From NCBI GenBank assembly GCA_963662545.2, contig CAXXLL010000002.1:800001-864000 (forward strand): a stretch of 64,000 nucleotides of DNA. The letters run 5' to 3'. This stretch comes from Gammaproteobacteria bacterium (GTDB taxonomy: Bacteria; Pseudomonadota; Gammaproteobacteria; Ga0077536). The notes under the pieces are model-generated. The model did no database searches, was not told the origin of the DNA, and saw nothing but the letters and a program-made list of their open reading frames with translations. Positions within the stretch are counted from its first letter, which is position 1, and every line of letters begins with the position of its first letter. Below, in pieces: positions 9,689 to 20,062 of this stretch. The position numbers and the translations under genes are program-made.

Positions 9689-9998
9689 AAGCTGCGTTTC
9701 ACGACTTACGCGTTAGGGGACATTCATGCTCCGCTTGCCCATCAGCGCGTGAATAAAATTAAATTCGGGACCTCGGACTTCACCAATAAGTAGCAAGGGC
9801 CCGGGTCAAAACGCTTCGCCTTCATGCCACGGCTTCCGAGTGGTAGATTCATCTAGAAGGTTCTCATCCCTATCAAATCTGGTGATGGAGAAAGCTGACT
9901 AGACTTTCGGTGGCTGTGCGGATTAAAGTCTTGTCAAATCCACCTATCTCGCGTTTTGACGAGTTCACTCGTCACGCGGCCAGAAAGGAGCCGTCCCG

Positions 9999-11834
9999 AT
10001 GTCTACGACAGCACCAGTGCAAACCGAAAAAAGCCATATTCCAAGCATCGAGGAGCTGGGGTTCGACCCTGCCGAGCTGAGACGGAAATATGATGCCGAG
10101 CGCGACAAAAGGACGCGTTCGGATGGCAACGAGCAGTACCGGGAAGTCGTCGGCGATCTGCGAAGTTTCGTTGATAACCCTTACATCGAAGCGAAACTGG
10201 TGCGGGACGCAATCGAGGAAGACATCGAAGTCGCCGTGATCGGCGGGGGATTCGGTGGTCTCCTCATCAGCGCGCGTCTGCTGGAGACGGGGATCACCAA
10301 TTTCCGTATCATCGAAAAGGCGGGCGATTTTGGTGGCACCTGGTATTGGAACCGATACCCGGGCGTGCAATGCGATATCGAGTCTTACGTGTACCTGCCT
10401 CTTCTGGAAGAAGTTGGATACATCCCGAAAGAAAAATATTCCTTCGGTCCAGAGATCTTCGAGCATGCCAAACGCATCGGAAGCCATTTCGATCTATACC
10501 CCCGCGCGTGCTTCCAGACCCAGGTAAGAGATCGCCGTTGGAGCGACGAGGATGGCCGCTGGATCGTTCGGACCGACCGCGATGATGTCTTCCGGGCGCG
10601 ATTCGTGGTGATGTCGAGCGGGCCTCTTAACCGGCCGAAGCTGCCTGGTATCCCCGGTGTCGAAATATTCAAGGGGCACATGTTCCATACGAGCCGGTGG
10701 GATTACGAATACACCGGCGGCGACACAAATGGCAACCTGCACAAACTGAGCGACAAACGGGTCGCCGTGATCGGCACGGGAGCGACCGCAATTCAAAGCG
10801 TTCCTCACGTCGGCAAGACCGCCAAGCACCTCTACGTGTTCCAACGCACGCCATCCGCAATCGACGAGCGTGGCAACAAACCGACCGATCCGGAATGGGT
10901 CAAGACGCTCGGCCCGGGCTGGCAGGCGGACCGCAGCCATAACTTCGTGTCTATTCTGTGCGGAATACAGCAGGAAGAAGATCTCGTGAACGACGGCTGG
11001 ACGGAGCTTTTCAAATCACTCGGTAAGCTGCTGTCGGATTCGGATGATTCCAATGTGTCGAAGGAAGACATGGGGCTGTTGGCGGAGATCGCGGATTACC
11101 AGAAGATGAACAAGACCCGCGCGCGCGTGGACAAAACCGTAAAAGACACGGCGATCGCGGAGGCGCTGAAACCGTGGTACCGACCGTGGTGCAAGCGCCC
11201 CACGTTCAACGACGAATTCCTGCCGACCTTCAATCGGCCGAACGTCACCTTGGTCGATACGGACGGCCGAGGCGTTGAGCGCATCACTGAAACCGGTATG
11301 GTCGTCAACGGTGTCGAGTACGAAGTGGACTGCCTGATTTTTGCCACTGGGTTCGAAGTGGGCACGGCATACACCCGGCAGGCGGAATTCGAGGTGTTTG
11401 GCCTCAACGGCGCGTCACTCACCGACCACTGGTCAGACGGCATGAAGACCTATCACGGATTTTACAGCCATGGATTTCCGAATTGCTTCCACATGGGACT
11501 GACGCAAACGGGGCTTGCACCCAATTTCACCTACATGCTCGATGGCCAGGCGCGACACATTACGCAGGTGATACAAGACGTGGATGCACGCGATGCGAAA
11601 TCTTTCGAAGCGACCGCCGAAGCCAAGGCGGACTGGGTGGCAGCCGTGCTCGCGCCAGACATGATGTCCGAGTACCTGAGTCAGTGCACGCCGGGTTACT
11701 ACAATAACGAGGGTAAGGCCGGACACGGTGAAGGTTTCCTGCAGGGCCACTACGGTGAGGGTGCGATAGCGTTTTATTCGTTATTGAAGGCCTGGCGGGA
11801 GCAGGGCGACATGGCGGGCCTAATCGTCGAGTAG
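9999..11834 (+). CDS. Type I Baeyer-Villiger monooxygenase (PntE/CPDMO-like group)
   Basis: GGGFGG, GGTWYWNRYPG, fingerprint FKGHMFHTSRW, GTGATA and ATGF motifs; long N-terminal extension. Confidence 0.92.
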   Translation: MSTTAPVQTEKSHIPSIEELGFDPAELRRKYDAERDKRTRSDGNEQYREVVGDLRSFVDNPYIEAKLVRDAIEEDIEVAVIGGGFGGLLISARLLETGITNFRIIEKAGDFGGTWYWNRYPGVQCDIESYVYLPLLEEVGYIPKEKYSFGPEIFEHAKRIGSHFDLYPRACFQTQVRDRRWSDEDGRWIVRTDRDDVFRARFVVMSSGPLNRPKLPGIPGVEIFKGHMFHTSRWDYEYTGGDTNGNLHKLSDKRVAVIGTGATAIQSVPHVGKTAKHLYVFQRTPSAIDERGNKPTDPEWVKTLGPGWQADRSHNFVSILCGIQQEEDLVNDGWTELFKSLGKLLSDSDDSNVSKEDMGLLAEIADYQKMNKTRARVDKTVKDTAIAEALKPWYRPWCKRPTFNDEFLPTFNRPNVTLVDTDGRGVERITETGMVVNGVEYEVDCLIFATGFEVGTAYTRQAEFEVFGLNGASLTDHWSDGMKTYHGFYSHGFPNCFHMGLTQTGLAPNFTYMLDGQARHITQVIQDVDARDAKSFEATAEAKADWVAAVLAPDMMSEYLSQCTPGYYNNEGKAGHGEGFLQGHYGEGAIAFYSLLKAWREQGDMAGLIVE

Positions 11835-11863
11835 ACAATCGTTCCGAGCGCGGACGACTTGCT

Positions 11864-12841
11864 TTGAAAGCGCTGGTATGTGATGCCTTCGGGCCACTCG
11901 AACAGCTGAGATACCGCGACTTCCCCGATCCCGTCCCGGGACCCGGAGAGATATTGATCGACGTCAAGGCCATCGGTATAAATTTTGCCGATTCCTTGGT
12001 CGTCGAAGGTCGCTACCAGGCCAAACCGTCCGTCCCATTCATACCCGGTTCCGAAGTCGGCGGTGACATTAAGACTCTGGGTGAGAATGTCGAGGGTCTA
12101 AAAGTCGGGGATCGCGTATTTGGATACAGCGATAATTTCGGCGCCTATGCCGAAACCATCGTACTACCCGTAGGGTCGACCAAACCGCTGCCCGACTTCA
12201 TGTCCTATGAAGAAGGCGCGGCACTGCTTGCCGCGACCGGCACCGCGCATCACGCGCTACGCCAGCGCGGGCGCTTGCAGGCAGGCGAGACGCTCGTCGT
12301 CCTGGGTGCGGCCGGCGGCACCGGTACGGCAGCGGTCCAGATCGGAAAGGCCATCGGCGCCCACGTGATCGCGGTGTGCTCGAGCAAAGAAAAAATGGCG
12401 TTCGCGCAGTCTCAGGGTGCTGATGAGAGCATCGATTACACGCATGAAGATTTACGTGAGGCTATCAAGGCCCGCACGGGTGGTCGTGGCGCGGACGTCG
12501 TATACGATACCGTTGGCGGTGACGCCTTCGACGCCTGCTCGCGTGCCATGGCCTGGGATGGCCGGCTGCTGGTGGTCGGTTTTGCCTCCGGCCGAATTCC
12601 GCAATTACCTGTCAATTTGCCGCTGGTAAAAGGGTATTCGCTGATCGGTGTGTTCTGGGGCACCTTCACCCAGGCGCAGCCGCAAGACTATGCCGCCAAT
12701 ATGCAGGAGCTCTTTGGCTGGATCGAAAGCGGTAAGGTCCGTCCAGTGATCGATACCGTATTTCCTTTGTCAGACGGAATCGCAGCGTTGCGTAGAGTCG
12801 CCGGGCGGGGCGCAATCGGTAAAGTGGTCATGAAACCGTAA
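11864..12841 (+). CDS. NADPH:quinone oxidoreductase (zeta-crystallin-like MDR)
   Basis: INFAD..GRYQ..PFIPGSE, GAAGGTG and GRLLVVGFASG motifs. Confidence 0.92.
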   Translation: MKALVCDAFGPLEQLRYRDFPDPVPGPGEILIDVKAIGINFADSLVVEGRYQAKPSVPFIPGSEVGGDIKTLGENVEGLKVGDRVFGYSDNFGAYAETIVLPVGSTKPLPDFMSYEEGAALLAATGTAHHALRQRGRLQAGETLVVLGAAGGTGTAAVQIGKAIGAHVIAVCSSKEKMAFAQSQGADESIDYTHEDLREAIKARTGGRGADVVYDTVGGDAFDACSRAMAWDGRLLVVGFASGRIPQLPVNLPLVKGYSLIGVFWGTFTQAQPQDYAANMQELFGWIESGKVRPVIDTVFPLSDGIAALRRVAGRGAIGKVVMKP

Positions 12842-13090
12842 AGGGCTGATCGGTACCGTCGCTCACGGCATTCCCGCTCTCCACATTCACTCCTTAGTCC
12901 GTTCGCTTCGCAAAGTTACACATCAGCTGAGAAGAAGTTTCCTTTGCGGGTCGCGGGGTGCTTGAACGGGCAGGCGCGATCCGCGGCAAGCCCCAGGCGA
13001 CGACCCACTGTGGACGCCGGAAATCTGGATTTTTCCAGAATGACAAATTCTTCGATAGGGTATGCGCTCCGTTTCAATCTGGAGTAAATC

Positions 13091-13612
13091 ATGCAGCGTA
13101 TGAATTGGGAGGCAATGTCTGCTATCGCTGAAGCAACGGGTGTCTTCGCCGTTGTCGTTTCGTTGATCTATCTGGCGACCCAAATTCGTTTTGCGCGCGT
13201 GGTCGCCGCTGATGTCACGCGACACGCTCGAGCGGCGGGGGTTAGAGAAGGCGCTATGGCTGTTGTCGACAATCCGGAGCTACGCAAGAACTGGATGACA
13301 GCCGCACAGATCGAACCGGCATACGAAGTTCTTGCAAACGAGTTGAATCTTGGTGTCGATGGGGCGATTCAAGTTGATTTCATGTGTCTCTATTGGGCAT
13401 GGTTGCACTGGGGTCAGTATGCATCAATTAAAACACCCGAGGACCTTGACGAACTCGAACACTTAGTTTCGGTATTCTATTCCGTTCCACCCATGTCCGT
13501 TTGTTTGCGCACAGGCCCGTATAGCAATAATTTGGACAAGCGCTTTTTGCAGTTCGTGAGCAAAGCGGTCGCAAAAGGGAGACACGAGGATGTTTCACGT
13601 TCGTCGGTCTGA
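13091..13612 (+). CDS. Hypothetical protein with N-terminal TM helix (MNWEA..AE..VVVSLIYLA.Q family)
   Basis: GGAG RBS upstream; N-terminal pattern of a widespread uncharacterised family. Confidence 0.75.
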   Translation: MQRMNWEAMSAIAEATGVFAVVVSLIYLATQIRFARVVAADVTRHARAAGVREGAMAVVDNPELRKNWMTAAQIEPAYEVLANELNLGVDGAIQVDFMCLYWAWLHWGQYASIKTPEDLDELEHLVSVFYSVPPMSVCLRTGPYSNNLDKRFLQFVSKAVAKGRHEDVSRSSV

Positions 13613-13700
13613 AGGAGGGCGCTCGGCGTTGCGGGTGAGGTCAGGTCCTGCGCCAGTTACTATGTCCATCAAACGAGCTAATAAGGAGAGGTAATAGATT

Positions 13701-14585
13701 ATGAATATTGGATTTTTTGCCATCGGTCCCGGATTAGCGGCCGATCCGGAAGTGATCTCGTTGATCGCCAAGACTTGTGAAGATTGTGGATACCACTCGC
13801 TCTGGGCTCCCGAACATATCGTCTTGCTTGACCAATATTCTTCGAAATATCCATACGCGCAAGATGGTCGATTGCCGTTTCCGACCATGGAAGTCGATAT
13901 ACTCGACCCGTTTTTAGCGTTGAGCTTCGCAGCGGCGGTCACCAAGAAGATTCGATTGGGTACAGGCATTTGCCTGGTGCCGGAACGTCAGCCGTTGACC
14001 ACAGCCAAGGCCGTCGCGAGCATCGATAAACTTTCCGGCGGCCGCTTCGATTTCGGCGTAGGTATTGGCTGGCTCAAGGAGGAATTCCAAGCTCTAGAGA
14101 TACCGTGGGCAAAACGGGCACAGCGTACGCGTGAGTATCTCACGGCGATGAAAAGTCTGTGGACAGATGCAGAAAGCCAGTTCGACGGCGAGTTTTGTCA
14201 ATTTCAACCCGTACGCTCGTTCCCGAAACCGGTTCAGAAACCGCATCCACCGATCATTTTCGGTGGTGAAAGTGAACCCGCCTTAAAGCGCGTTGGTGAG
14301 GTGGGGGACGGCTGGTGGGGCGTCAACGTCACCGTCGAGAGCGCCAAAGACCATCTAGCGCAGATCAAAAATTTTGCCGAAGGAGCCGGACGCGACGCCA
14401 GCGCATTGTCGTATGCCGTGACGACCGGGATCGGCGTGCCGGTGAGTCTGGAAGAGGTTGAGCAATTCGCCGAGATAGGCGTCGACCAGGTGATCATCGG
14501 CTTACTCGCCGCCAGCGCGGGCGAATACAAACAGGGCATCGAGCAGACCGCCGAGGAACTCATCGTACCGTTCGCGAATTCGTAA
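13701..14585 (+). CDS. LLM-class, probably F420-dependent, oxidoreductase (Rv2161c-like)
   Basis: SLWAPEHIV, DPFLALSFAAAVT..IRLGTG, SGGRFDFGVGIGW and PKPVQKPHPPI motifs; AGGAG RBS. Confidence 0.88.
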   Translation: MNIGFFAIGPGLAADPEVISLIAKTCEDCGYHSLWAPEHIVLLDQYSSKYPYAQDGRLPFPTMEVDILDPFLALSFAAAVTKKIRLGTGICLVPERQPLTTAKAVASIDKLSGGRFDFGVGIGWLKEEFQALEIPWAKRAQRTREYLTAMKSLWTDAESQFDGEFCQFQPVRSFPKPVQKPHPPIIFGGESEPALKRVGEVGDGWWGVNVTVESAKDHLAQIKNFAEGAGRDASALSYAVTTGIGVPVSLEEVEQFAEIGVDQVIIGLLAASAGEYKQGIEQTAEELIVPFANS

Positions 14586-14611
14586 ACAAAAAAAGGCGTC
14601 GAGAAACGAAG

Positions 14612-14652
14612 GAAAGGGGACGCATGAAAGGGGACGCATGAAAGGGGAACGC
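14612..14652. repeat. 14-bp tandem repeat GAAAGGGGACGCAT, two copies plus a degenerate third
   Basis: Read directly at 14612, 14626 and 14640; followed by CCCTTATTT. Confidence 0.85.
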
Positions 14653-14758
14653 CCTTATTTCGCAAATTAGGCGATCGGTCGTTGCTTACGGGCGATCTTG
14701 CGGGGTCGGCGTTTCTGTCTACCTCGCTATCGTCGCTTAGCACTATATTGAGGCACGG

Positions 14759-14878
14759 CAGTGTCCTTACATCACTCGGCCCGCGCCCGCCGAGCAGCGT
14801 TTGTCGGCCACCGAGCAGGGCCTCGTGAGATTCACGCTCAAAACCCCCTACCGCGAACCGACGGCGTCTTACTATTAG
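14759..14878 (+). pseudogene. IS91/ISCR (Y2) transposase remnant
   Basis: Translation QCPYITRPAPAEQRLSATEQGLVRFTLKTPYR resembles the conserved CRYITRP..RLS..LKTPYRDG block. Confidence 0.7.
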
Positions 14879-15081
14879 GCAATTAGGCGGGTTCCGTCCT
14901 AATACCCTTTCCAAGACCTCAAGTCTTACGGCGACTGGTCGATTCGTTGAGGTGTGCCAGGCAGATGCTTAGCGCCCGCGGGGGACCGAATCGGAGCGGA
15001 GACCGTGCCCCACGGAGACGCGCCCGATGAGTGGAAAGATGATCATGGCATCAGCTTGCGACGGGAAGATTCACGCCCTCA

Positions 15082-16443
15082 ATGACTAAGGGCAGGGGTA
15101 TGAATGCTTTGTCAAATGACCCATGCGTGCACGCCGGTGTTCCCCGGTCACAACGCCTTGCGCGATTGGGTGCCTGGGTCGTTTCACTGTCTCTATGGAT
15201 CCCGCTGGCCGGCCACGCGGATCCCGAAGATGCGCTGTGGAGTGCATTGACATCGGGCAAGCCAGACCTGTCCGTCCGTTGGCGATACGAACACGTTGAT
15301 GACGACCTGAGACCAGGAGGCGTGAAACTCGACCAGGCGAACGCTTCGACGGTACGCGCGACCTTAGGGTACGGTACCGGCGCGTTTCATGGATTCAGCG
15401 CCTATTTGTAGATCGAGGCGATCGGCGCGATTGGTGTTGACGACTATTTCGACGGCTCCGGCACCGGCAACGCCCGCTTTGCCACGATCGTCGACCCCGA
15501 AGGGTTCGAGATCAATCAAGGCTATCTCGCCTATCGGGTGAACGACCGGTTCAATCTGAAGGCGGGTCGGCAAATCATCACCTACCGCGACGCGCCCTTC
15601 CATCGCTTCCTGGGCACAGTCCTGTGGCGGCAGAACTGGCAGACGCACGATGCGGTCAGCGCCGAGCTCAAACCGGTTGACGATTTGACCCTGCGTTACG
15701 CCTACACGTGGAACGTCAATCGAATTTTCGGTGAAGATGCGCCGGAACCCTTGTCCGATTTCGACAGCGATTCCCATCTCGTCAACCTGCGCTACACCGG
15801 CGTGCCGCACCTGCGGCTCGAAACCTACGCCTATCTACTCGATTTCGACAACGCTGCACGCTTCTCGTCGAACACCTTTGGCGTGCGCGGCAATGGATTG
15901 TATCCGCTGAACGACGTCTGGAGCTTGCTGTACACCGCCGAATATGCGCATCAGAATGCCGCCGCAAACAACCCCCTCTCTTACGACGAGGACTACCTGC
16001 TTTTCGAAGGAGGCTTCAAGGTCAAAATCGATTCGTTGGTCAAATCACTGACGGTGAAATTCAGCTATGAGTTGCTCGGCGGAAGTGGTGCGCCGAGCGG
16101 CGCCTTCGTCACGATCCTCGGGACCGACCATGTATTCCAGGGATGGGCCGACCGCTTTCTCGTGACGCCTGACGCCGGTATCGAAGACCATTACGCGACC
16201 GTAGTTGCCGCGCTCGCCTGGGAGATGAAGCTCATCGTCAGCTATCACGACATCGACTCCAATGCAGGCAGCTTTGCATACGGCGATGAATTCGACGTCA
16301 TGCTGACCAAGAAGTTTTTCAAGCATTACCTTCTTGGCGCCAAAGCATCCTTTTACGACGCGGACGATAATCCGTCCAATGTAGCCAGGGGGCCGTCGGC
16401 GGACATCACCAAAATCTGGCTTTGGGGTCAGTTGTCATTCTGA
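15082..16443 (+). pseudogene. Alginate-export-family outer-membrane beta-barrel with one in-frame TAG (15409-15411)
   Basis: One frame throughout apart from the TAG. RWRYEHV, DPEGFEINQGY, GRQII..WRQN.QT.D and HVFQGWADRF motifs; C-terminal Phe. Confidence 0.8.
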
Positions 16444-16506
16444 CCGGGCCGCGGCCCGTTGAAGCCGGACGAGGCGCAACCAGCTTATCCGGTCGGGTAA
16501 ATCGAC

Positions 16507-16581
16507 GGGATCGGTGACAACGAATTAATGGGGTCGGTGACAACTCAGAATCATTAACGGACTAATTTGTCACCAGCCCTT
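16507..16581. repeat. REP-like inverted pair GGGGTCGGTGACAA...TTGTCACCAGCCCT with an extra partial direct copy
   Basis: TCGGTGACAA at 16511 and 16534; inverse copy at 16567-16580. The same 14-mer occurs at 25782. Confidence 0.7.
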
Positions 16582-16635
16582 CTATTTCGGCGAGAAGTAA
16601 TACCCTTTTATGACGATACACTGTCCGCGGATTTC

Positions 16636-18426
16636 TCAGAGTGGCCAGACCCACAGGATCATCGGTACGCCGACGGCCAGCACCAGGATCTCCAGGGGGA
16701 GACCCATGCGCCAGTAATCCCCGAAGCGGTAACCGCCTGGGCCCATGATCAGGGTGTTGTTCTTGTGACCGATCGGGGTCAGAAAGGCGCAGCTTGCCGA
16801 TACTGCGACACCCATGAGAAATGCATCGGGATTGACCCCGAGGCTATCGGCAATGTTCAAGCCGATAGGCGCCGCGATGACCGCCGTCGCCACGTTATTC
16901 ATGACGTCCGAAAGGAACATGGTCACCACCATCAGGATCACCAGCACGGCTGTAGGGGACAGATCGACGGCCGCATGGACAATGCTTTCGGCGATCAGCG
17001 CCGTCCCTCCGCTGGTTTCAAGCGCTACCCCGATGGGAATCAGGGAAGCCAGCAGCACGATCACGGACCACTGCACGGATTCGTAGAGCTGGCGCACGGG
17101 AATGATGCCGGTGAGTAACATAAGAGCCACTGCACAACCAAACGCAATCGGCAGATTCACCACACCGATGCCGGCAAGCACCACGGCCGCCGCGAATATT
17201 CCTACCGCCAGCCAGATCTTCTGACGCTGGATTACCGGCAAGTCCCGTTCCGCCAGCGGCAGGCAACCCATGCGGTTGGCGATGTCGTTTAATTGTTCGC
17301 CGGCGCCGAGTAGCAAGAGGATGTCACCCGCCCTTATCTTCAGATGCCGGACGCGTTCGGTGAAACGTTTGCCCTGACGCGACACGCCCAGCAGCGTGAC
17401 GCCGCGACGGGTCAGGAGTCTCAGGGAATGAGCGGACCGGCCGTCGATCCGGGCGCCTTCACGAACCACCACTTCCAGCAAGGTGAAGTCCCCGGGACCG
17501 AACATGCCGCCTTCCTCACTCCTTTTTCTCGCGTATTCGAGTTGCAGCGCACCGACTATTCCCTCGATACCCTCCGGTGTCGCCTTGAGGACAAGCACGT
17601 CGCCTTTACGAATCTCCACCCACCGGGCCAGCCCGGGCATGCGCTCGCCACGGCGCACCAGACCGATGATGTCGACGTCGTTGTTTTCCGCAATTTCATC
17701 CAGTTCGCGCACCTTTTTGCCGATCGCCGAAGACGCTTCCGGCACACGGACCTCCGCCACGAAATCCTGGAGTTCGAACAATTCCCGGGCCGAATCGTGC
17801 TTGCCGCGGGCCACGGGTATGAACCGCCAACCAATCAGCGCGACGTAAAGCACGCCGACCATCGCAACAACCAGGCCGACAGGGGTGAAGTCGAACATGC
17901 GATAGGGCTCGCCCAGCGATGCGCCGCGGATTTCCGAGATCACGATGTTGGGCGGGGTTCCGATCAGCGTGATCATGCCACCCAGAATCGACGCGAAGGA
18001 CAAGGGCATGAGACTCAGCGCGGGACTACGCTGGGCCTTGGCCGCAGCCTGTACGTCCATTGGCATGAGTAGGGCCAGCGCTGCGACGTTGTTCATGATG
18101 GCCGATAAGGCTGCGGCGAACCCCGACATGATGCCGATGTGGGCGCCGAGTTTTCGTGAAGCATCGATCAGGTGACGCGCCAGCAGATCGATGACGCCGG
18201 AATTCGACAGGCCCTGGCTGAGAATGAGTACCAGCGCGATGACCACGACCGCCGGGTGACCGAAACCCGTAAATGCCTGGCCCGACGGTACCGCGCCTGC
18301 GATAACCGCGATCAACAGTGCCGAAAAAGCGACCAGGTCATAGCGCCAGCGTCCCCAGATCAGGAACACGAACAGGAAAAACAGCACGGCAAAGAGGGTG
18401 GTCTGGTGTGCGGTCAGTTCCGTCAT
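16636..18426 (-). CDS. SLC13/CitM-type di-/tricarboxylate or anion permease with TrkA-C domains
   Basis: MNNVAA, TLIGTPPNI and FLTPIGH.NN..GPGGYRFGDYWRMG motifs; two central RCK_C repeats. Confidence 0.92.
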   Translation of the reverse strand: MTELTAHQTTLFAVLFFLFVFLIWGRWRYDLVAFSALLIAVIAGAVPSGQAFTGFGHPAVVVIALVLILSQGLSNSGVIDLLARHLIDASRKLGAHIGIMSGFAAALSAIMNNVAALALLMPMDVQAAAKAQRSPALSLMPLSFASILGGMITLIGTPPNIVISEIRGASLGEPYRMFDFTPVGLVVAMVGVLYVALIGWRFIPVARGKHDSARELFELQDFVAEVRVPEASSAIGKKVRELDEIAENNDVDIIGLVRRGERMPGLARWVEIRKGDVLVLKATPEGIEGIVGALQLEYARKRSEEGGMFGPGDFTLLEVVVREGARIDGRSAHSLRLLTRRGVTLLGVSRQGKRFTERVRHLKIRAGDILLLLGAGEQLNDIANRMGCLPLAERDLPVIQRQKIWLAVGIFAAAVVLAGIGVVNLPIAFGCAVALMLLTGIIPVRQLYESVQWSVIVLLASLIPIGVALETSGGTALIAESIVHAAVDLSPTAVLVILMVVTMFLSDVMNNVATAVIAAPIGLNIADSLGVNPDAFLMGVAVSASCAFLTPIGHKNNTLIMGPGGYRFGDYWRMGLPLEILVLAVGVPMILWVWPL

Positions 18427-18486
18427 GCTACCTGCCTCAAAGGCCAGATCACCTCGGCGCGTAATCAGCTAGGCCAAGGCGCCGTC

Positions 18487-19845
18487 TCAGCGCGGCGCAA
18501 TATTCACCGGCATGCCGTAGCGTGTTTTCAAGGTCACGACCGCCTGGGGGATGATTGGATGACCCGCCAACGGGCGCGCGCGGAAGCGCTGCAACAATTG
18601 TGCAAGTACTAGCTGGACTTCGAGCATCGCCATGCCGGCCCCGATGCAGGCACGCGGACCGGCAGCAAACGGCAGGTAACTATAAGAATGTCGCGACTCT
18701 GTTCGATTGGCGTCAAAGCGATCCGGATCGAAACGTTCCGGATCGGGCCAATAATCACGGTGCCGGTGCAGCGCATACAGGGTGATCGCGATATAGGCAT
18801 CACGCGGAATGCGGTACCCGCCGAACTCGGTTTCTTCGGTACAGCGTCGCGCGATGCCCCATACCGGCGGATATAAACGCATGCTTTCCTGCACCACCTG
18901 TTTCAGATACGGCAACTGCGGGAGATCACTGCTTGCGGCAGCTCGGCCGCCCAATACACGGGTAAGTTCTTCGCACAGACGCGCTTCCACATCCGGTTGT
19001 TGCGCAAGAAGGTAAAACGTCCAGGTTAAGGCCGTGGCGGAGGTTTCATGACCTGCGAGCATGAGGGTGATGATTTCGTCGCGAATCTGCGCCTCGCTCA
19101 TCCCTTCACCCGTTTCTTCGTCGCGCGCCGCCAGCAGGCGGTCAACGATGTCGTTCCCTGAACCATCCCCCTCACGATGCGTCGCCACCAGGCCATCGAC
19201 GATTTCTTCAAGACGCCGCTTAATGCGCAAAAATCGCCGGTTACTCGGCAGGGGCAGCCATGGGTACAAAGTCATGAACGCGCTGAACTGTAGCGGATGC
19301 TGATTGACGACTGCGAGGATGTTCACCATCTCGTCGGCGATGTCGTCGATATCCGCACCGAACAGCGTACGGACTACGACCTGGAAGGTGATGCGACTCA
19401 TGTCATGATCGAGCCATACGACTTCATCGGCACGTTTGCCTACCCATTGTGTTGCAAGATGGGCAGTCAACTCATTAATCGTAGTATCGAACGCATTGAT
19501 CGTGCGACTGGAAAACACCGGTTGCATCAAGCGACGCTGGCGCGTCCAGTCTGGCCCGTCGTTGGTCACCAGGCCATTACCCAGGGTACGCGCGATCACG
19601 CGGTAATCGATCGTGTTCTTGGTGTACTTGGGATATGCCTGGGTGAGGATTTGGCGTACGTAATCCGGGTGATTGATGGAATATACCGGGAAAAATCCTC
19701 TGAATCGCACCACGTCTCCATACTCTCGCGTGAGCCCCAGCAGAAATTCGGGCGGACTCTGGCTGAACATGCGGAATAGACCGCGTAATCGTGGCCCGGG
19801 CGGAAGCGGCAGGTCGGTGGTACTCGAGGACTTTGTTACAAGCAT
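18487..19845 (-). CDS. Cytochrome P450
   Basis: LPPGP, AGHETS, ESMR, PERF and FAAGPRACIG motifs. Confidence 0.92.
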   Translation of the reverse strand: MLVTKSSSTTDLPLPPGPRLRGLFRMFSQSPPEFLLGLTREYGDVVRFRGFFPVYSINHPDYVRQILTQAYPKYTKNTIDYRVIARTLGNGLVTNDGPDWTRQRRLMQPVFSSRTINAFDTTINELTAHLATQWVGKRADEVVWLDHDMSRITFQVVVRTLFGADIDDIADEMVNILAVVNQHPLQFSAFMTLYPWLPLPSNRRFLRIKRRLEEIVDGLVATHREGDGSGNDIVDRLLAARDEETGEGMSEAQIRDEIITLMLAGHETSATALTWTFYLLAQQPDVEARLCEELTRVLGGRAAASSDLPQLPYLKQVVQESMRLYPPVWGIARRCTEETEFGGYRIPRDAYIAITLYALHRHRDYWPDPERFDPDRFDANRTESRHSYSYLPFAAGPRACIGAGMAMLEVQLVLAQLLQRFRARPLAGHPIIPQAVVTLKTRYGMPVNIAPR

Positions 19846-20062
19846 CGCTTTGCTATAGTTGCTGAACCGATATTCGCGCGCGAGGATCGCTGACGAGAGA
19901 ACTTGAACCTCTCGCACTTTCCGCGCGATCTTTTCTCTACAGGTAATCCAATCGGATTGAGAGTTGGTTCATCGTATCAGGCGGCCTGGTTCTCGCATAC
20001 AGAAGATCGCCATTGTGAATGGTCCAGGCCGCGCCATTGGCGTATAACAACGAGGAAATTCG

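Noticed and set aside
14612-14652. Short repeats as a mini CRISPR array
   Set aside because: Units are contiguous with no spacers, too short, and no cas genes are present.
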